Shown piece after piece: positions 56,371-64,000 of a stretch of DNA of 64,000 nucleotides. The notes under the pieces are model-generated. The model had not been told where the DNA came from, searched no databases, and saw only the letters and a list, made by a program, of their open reading frames with translations. Each line of letters begins with the position of its first letter. Position 1 is the first letter of the stretch. The translations under genes and the position numbers were made by a program. Origin of the DNA: the human T2T-CHM13v2.0 reference genome, Homo sapiens; assembly GCF_009914755.1 (NCBI RefSeq), contig NC_060947.1; one strand, 5' to 3'.

Positions 56371-56913
56371 CTGTTACTATTGGCCTTGGAACCATCCATT
56401 TTCTTTAGAAGACTGTATACTTCTATTTTTAATCAATTTTGCATTTACCTTGCAATTATTCTGAGGGAAACTTTGTTTTCCTCATTCTGGCCTTCTTAGT
56501 TAGCAGTTTACTGTAGCCCTTTGAAAATATGCTGATATCACCTTAGATAATTCATTCAGAGAAACTATTAAATTAACACAGTAATGCCAATTAACTGTCT
56601 CTGTAGAGCTGTTTTCTGTTCCTTAGAGGCCCCACAGAAGCCTCGGACATGTTCTGGGTGATATGTAAAAGACTTTATAGTTCTATGACATCACATAATT
56701 TCCTTTTTTCACAAAATTGTGTTGGTGTTCCCTAAGTATCTTAAATTGAATTAACTCTAAATAAATATATAGGAACTCTGGTGGAATAAGAAAAAAGGAA
56801 GTACTACTTCTATCTCAAATAGGTGAAGCAATTACTCATTTCAGTGTCCACTTTCAATTGATCAGTTGATTTCAGCCTTCATTACACTGAGGGTCTAAAT
56901 TCTTCTCACTAAA

Positions 56914-57105
56914 GGAGCCTGCCAGATTTAACAAATAAAAATAGAGGACACCATGTTAAATTTGAATTTCAGATAAATAATAAATAAAATTTTAGTGGCA
57001 ATATATCTAATGTAACATTTGAGATCTACTCATACTAAAAAAAGTATTCATCCTTTATCTGAAATGCAATTAACTATGCATACCGTATTTTATCTGGCAA
57101 CCCTA
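56914..57105. mobile_element. MER53 palindromic MITE
   Basis: TGCCAGATTTAACAAATAAAAAT...GTTAAATTTGAATTTCAGATAAA ... TTTATCTGAAAT...GTATTTTATCTGGCAACCCTA. Confidence 0.88.
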
Positions 57106-57399
57106 TATCGATTCTACTAGTTAGAGCACTCAAGGTTTCCCTTAAGCTGTTCGATTTAAGATATTTCTTGTATGTCAAAAAGTCACTAGCTATGGGACAC
57201 TTAGCTGACTTTTCACTGTTCTTGCCTACATCTTCATTTTATAGAGTACATTACCTTCAAGCAAAACACTGAGAGGCTTCTAAAAACTATTTTGCTTAAG
57301 GAGGATCACTTTTGCTCATGGTTCTCTAATAAGAACATTTTCCAAGGTGCAGCAAGTTTCGATCTTCAAAAACCCGCAGCTACTCACAGTGTAAGATGC

Positions 57400-59581
<2,182 letters not shown>

Positions 59582-60095
59582 AGGCCTCATATCCAGTCCA
59601 GCTACATGCCACCTAAGTACACTGGACTTTAAAATTCAGTTTGACTAATTTAGAATTGTCAATAGATTAATAGATTTGCTTTTTGTCTTCTATTTTCCAT
59701 AATATATGCTGAAAACCGTCTCTTCCATTCCTTCCTCTCTACTTTCCTTTCTTTCTTCCACACATTCTTTCTCTCATTCCTTTCCTCTTGGTTTCTTTAC
59801 GCCTCTTTTGTTACCCCTTATTCTTACATGAGTGCATACACAACTTATTTATGCCTCTTTTCCTTTGTTCCCTTATAGTTGACCTCTAAATTTTCTGAAT
59901 TTTGCTGAAAGAATTAATACCCTTATTAGATGCATCTACTCAAATCTGACAGTCTGAAAACGGTTACCTTTTTACTTTTTTTCATCTTTAACAATTTTTT
60001 CTGAAGATCGAGTTCCTCAGTTGACCTGAAAATTTCAGAAATGTGTTTCTTCTTTAGAAAATAAGACAAACTACAGTTTTGTTCTGTCGATACTG

Positions 60096-60230
60096 ACACT
60101 TGGCCGCACACACACAGTCTCAGAAAAGGAAAAGAGAAGTAGTGTGTAGATTAATTCTTAACACTTGGCCATACGCAGACACAGTCTCAGAAAAGGAAAA
60201 GAGGAGAGGTACTATGTAGATTAATTCCTA
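60096..60230. repeat. Diverged ~65-70-bp tandem duplication in the 3' UTR
   Basis: ACACTTGGCC...ACAGTCTCAGAAAAGGAAAAGAG...TGTAGATTAATTC twice (60096-60160, 60161-60230). Confidence 0.9.
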
Positions 60231-60707
60231 ACCAGATAATTCATCTCCTTAGAATAAATAACGTGGGATTGCCTACATTTTCTGAATCCATATATTAATA
60301 ATTTTGAAAAATTTGAGTACACTGTAGCTGGTAAGAACTAAATTAAATTTGATCACATGACATTGTTTACTCTGTGCATTAAGTTTTCTTGAAGTTTTAA
60401 GGTTGGGAACTCCCACAGGGTTACCTTCCAGGAAGTCCTCCTGGGACAAGCATGTCCTATAAATGCCAGCTTACTGATATAAAAATCTCTCATATTTGAA
60501 AACGCATTCTAATTAACTTTTAAGAACAAGTTGCAATAAAGATTGTTTATACTTACACATAACCATTTGGTGTAATTGGTAGAAAAATCCTATTTGACAT
60601 CCTCACATTGCTTAAAATTCTCTCTGCTGTTTAAATTGCTTTAAAAATTGTTTTATGCCTCATTTAATATAAATTAAATAAGGGTACTGGATGTCCAATT
60701 ACTGCTC

Positions 60708-60750
60708 AATAAAAATATTTGTTTTTATTTTATATGTGTTATTTGTGTGA
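60708..60750 (+). terminator. Probable DCAF8L2 polyadenylation signal
   Basis: AATAAA at 60708-60713 followed by a U/GU-rich downstream element; other AATAAA at 60253 and 60535. Confidence 0.55.
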
Positions 60751-62042
60751 ATGAATTCAGAAGATCACCTTGCCCCCAACACCCATGAACTATACCACAC
60801 CATTCTTTGCAGACTTTTGGGAAAGAAGGATGTAATGAAACATCCTGTGTCCTGACAATGGCTTTTCTTTGATAATACTTCTCAAAATGAGTATTATCTC
60901 TGTGTTTTGGGGAAAATGTAGAGTAATTTGCATAATGAGATTAGAATTTAGAAAGGAACGTAATGACTGAAGTTCCTGCTCACTGAGATCCAAAGTTATG
61001 GACAACTGCCCGGGGGTCTGGGAGCCTCAAGAAGCCCCTACCAAGGTCTGCTGTCAGGAAAGGATCTTAAGAGTCCCAAAAGAGAATTTATGGGCAGTAA
61101 GAAGAGTGTTATAAACTAGAATTCCAAGTTTGGGACACCCCGTATAACTTCATGGGATACATACCAGCAATAATATTAACAAAACATTTTTAAAAAATCA
61201 TTTGGGATTTCAAATGACAGTGTGAGCAAAAGTGAAAGCAGATAAATTACGCAGTTCTTTTTCCACCTGCTGTTTAGAAGGTCTGCCTCTGGGGGATTTA
61301 TATCCTGCTCACTTAACTAAACTAAAACTTTACTCAGAGTTCCCTGAATGGTTCTGAGATTGCTTGTGCTACCAGAGGCATTTGGTAAAAGATTTGGGAG
61401 GCAAAGGTAAAGTAGTAGCCACATTTGTTTTATGCTCAGAAAGGTGCTGCCTCAGCTCATGAATATTTTTGCTTATATCCTGACTTACCTTGGTGTGGGG
61501 CAGCAGCTGGGCCCACAATTGCTCCAGTTCTCCCTCATATCTTCCTCCTTCTTCACCAGCTCCATAAAAAAGAACGCCCACTTTTTTTTTGGCAGGACAT
61601 TCATGTCATTGAAATTGGAGGTTTGGAGGCAGTGAAAGATCAACATGGGTCCCAGTCAGTCCTTGTGAGCCCCAGATATTCCTCATGGATTCCATTTATC
61701 CTTGCTTCCTCTACTGTGCATCATCTCCTCTTCCTGACTTCCCTGCTGTCTTCAGGTTCCAGCATATGATGCAAAGACAAAAGCCTCGCTGAGACTGATT
61801 AAGCGGTTTCCACAATTCAATAAGGCCTGGACCCTATTATAAGTCCCTTCTTATGTGTGTATCACCCCTATGTGTGTATCATCTTATATTTGTTCAATCA
61901 GAGTGTTTGTTTCTCTGATTGAACCCTGACTGATGCAACCTCCCCCACATACTTTGGACTGAATAAATCCCCTGGTTACTTAAACTTGGATATTTGCCAT
62001 CTGGAGGAATTATGGGTCCTAAAGGGAGAAGTTGAAGTTGAT

Positions 62043-62073
<31 letters not shown>

Positions 62074-62088
62074 CACACACACACACAC
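62043..62088. repeat. (CA)n microsatellite with one CG interruption
   Basis: Directly visible. Confidence 0.97.
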
Positions 62089-62437
62089 TCTTATATTCTC
62101 AGTGTGAGCTGAGCTGAGACCCGCTGAATCACTCAGAAGTGGCCCAGTCCTGGGAGCAGGAGAGAAAGGGAAGGATGACATGGTAAGAATCCCATTCTTC
62201 CTCAGTGCTGGGGAGCTGGAGAACACCACCTCCTTCTCCTGGCCTGCTCCAGGTTCTAGGAAGGAGAGCAGATGGAGTCTCAGGCCTGTGGCTTCCTGTC
62301 TACACTGCTGCTCCCTGGGTTGGAGGGTAGCTAAGAGATCTGGGTAGAGAAGGGGAGAGAATCGGGAAAAGATGTTGCTCAAGAAAGATGACAACCAGGG
62401 GTGAGGGCTAAAAGTGAATCAAAGATAAAACATCACT

Positions 62438-62744
62438 GGCCGGGCGCAGTGGCTCATGCCTGTAATCCCATCACTTTGGGAGGCCAAGACAGGTGGATCA
62501 CGAGGTCAGGAGTTCAAGACCAGCCTGGCCAAGATGCTGGAAACGCCGTCTCTACTAAAAACACACAAAAAATTAGCTGGGCGTGGTGGCACGTGCCTGT
62601 AATCCCAGCTACTTGGGAGGCTTAGGCAGGAGAATCGCTTGAACCTGGGTGGCAGAGGTTGCAGTGAGCCGAGATCGCGACACTGCGCTCCAGCCTGGGC
62701 GACTCCAGAGCAAGACTCCGTCTCAAAAAATAAAATAAAAATAA
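62438..62744 (+). mobile_element. AluSg-like
   Basis: GGATCACGAGGTCAGGAGTTCAAGACCAGCCTGGCCAAGATG; perfect TSD CAAAGATAAAACATCACT at 62420-62437 and 62745-62762. Confidence 0.95.
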
Positions 62745-63050
62745 CAAAGATAAAACATCACTAAAAAAGAAGAGAGGAGAGAAACAAAACTAAAATCCAC
62801 CCCAAATCCAAACCTGCCTGGAAGAAAAGAAAGTCCTCTGGTCTCATAGAGACATTATTTGGCAAGGCTGGCTTTGCTGCAGGAGCGCCCAGTCCTCAGC
62901 CCAGCCCTGGAGATGGGGGACACAGCCTCTACACCTCATCCTAGTCCTGGCGGGGGGGCAACTTCCTCTTAGTCATCCTCCTTGGCTTCCTCTCTCCCTC
63001 ACTCTCTCTCTCTCCCTGTCTCTGTCTCTCTCAATGAATCTGATGTAGTA

Positions 63051-64000
63051 TAGGCATACTTTGTTTTATTGCACTTCACTTTATTGTGCTTTGCAGATAT
63101 TGCTTTTGTTTTGTTTACAAATTGAAGTTTTTTGGCAACTCTGCAATAAGCAAGTCTATCAGCATCATTTTTCCAACAGCATGTGGTTACTTCATGCCTC
63201 TGCCACATTTTGGTAATTCTTGCCATACTTCAAATGTTCCTTATAATTTTATCTGTTATGGTGATTTGTAATTGATGATCTTTTCTTTTTTTTCTTAGAC
63301 AGTCTGGTTCTGTTACCCAGGCTGGAGCGCAATCGTGCAATCATAGCTCACTGCAGCCTCCTGGGTTCAAGGGATCCTCCCACCCCAGCCTCCCAGGTAG
63401 GAGGGACTATAGGCCTGAACCACTACACCTGGCTAGCCTATTTTTTACACAATTTTGTTAGAGGTGGGGTCTCGCTGTGTTGCCCAGGCTGTTCTGGAAC
63501 TCCTGGCCTCAAGTGATCCTCCTGAGCAACTGGGATTACAGGCAAGATGTGATTGGTGATATTTGATGTCACCATAGTAATTGTTTTGGCACACCATGAA
63601 CTGTGCCCATTATAACATGATGAACTTACTCAATCAATGTTGTGTGTGTTCTCAGTGCCCCACCGATCAGCCATTCCTGTGTCCGTCTCCCTCTATTATG
63701 GCCTCCCTTTTCCCTAAGACACAAGACTATGGAAATTAGGCCAGTCAATAACCCAACAATGGCCTCTAAGTGTTCAAGTGAAAGGAAGAGTCATACGTTT
63801 CTCGCTTTAAATCAAAAGCTAGAAATGATTTAAGCTTAGTGAGGAAAGCATCAAAAAACCTGAGATAGGCCAAAAGCTAGGCATCTTGTGCCAAATAGTT
63901 GGCTAAGTTGTAAATGAAAAGGAAAAGTTTCTGAAGGAAATTAAAAGTACTACTCCAGTGAGCACATAAATGATAAGAAACTGAAACAGCCTTATTGCTG
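63051..64000 (+). mobile_element. Tigger1 5' part with a frameshifted transposase start (ATG 63759); runs off the window
   Basis: AGGCATACTTTGTTTTATTGCACTTCAC left end; MASKCSSERKSHTFLALNQKLEMI followed by a +1 frameshift. Confidence 0.93.
63284..63547 (-). mobile_element. AluJ inside Tigger1
   Basis: CAATCATAGCTCACTGCAGCC J-type; degenerate TSD at 63267-63283 and 63548-63564. Confidence 0.88.

Noticed and set aside
62860-63000. GC-rich patch with an ETS-like ACTTCC, as a possible promoter
   Set aside because: It has few CpGs and no linked exon or ORF that I can support.
63642-64000. Possible domesticated Tigger transposase (TIGD1-like)
   Set aside because: It is frameshifted after ~24 codons and CpG-decayed, as expected for an ordinary Tigger1 fossil.

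Overview
This is AT-rich, repeat-dense human genomic DNA. An AluYb-type element points to human, and the one long ORF matches the X-linked retrogene DCAF8L2 (Xp21) as I recall it. The only intact protein-coding gene is the single-exon DCAF8L2 CDS (57683-59581, +, 632 aa): a WD40 DDB1-CUL4 substrate receptor with a 23-Glu tract. The upstream ~57 kb looks like its 5'-UTR introns, with one well-supported 84-nt non-coding exon (26880-26963) and an acceptor at 57624/57625. The rest is layered retro- and DNA-transposon debris (L1, L2, MIR, Alu, MaLR/ERVL LTRs, MER20/47/53/58, Charlie4, Tigger1) plus a 3.3-kb MAP1LC3B processed pseudogene that splits an MSTB LTR. I did not find a new multi-gene system. 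The most unusual signals are mutational and retrotranspositional. (1) A head-to-head L1/5S-rRNA composite sits inside one apparent TSD, consistent with twin priming on two different RNAs. (2) Two L1-derived (TG)n/(TA)n microsatellites each captured a short copy of sequence from ~1.0-1.2 kb upstream. (3) An 85-nt pre-miRNA-like fold-back lies inside a MER47 copy. (4) Several perfected palindromes and templated insertions occur. Repeat subfamily names and comparisons to parent genes come from memory of consensus sequences and need RepeatMasker/BLAT confirmation.
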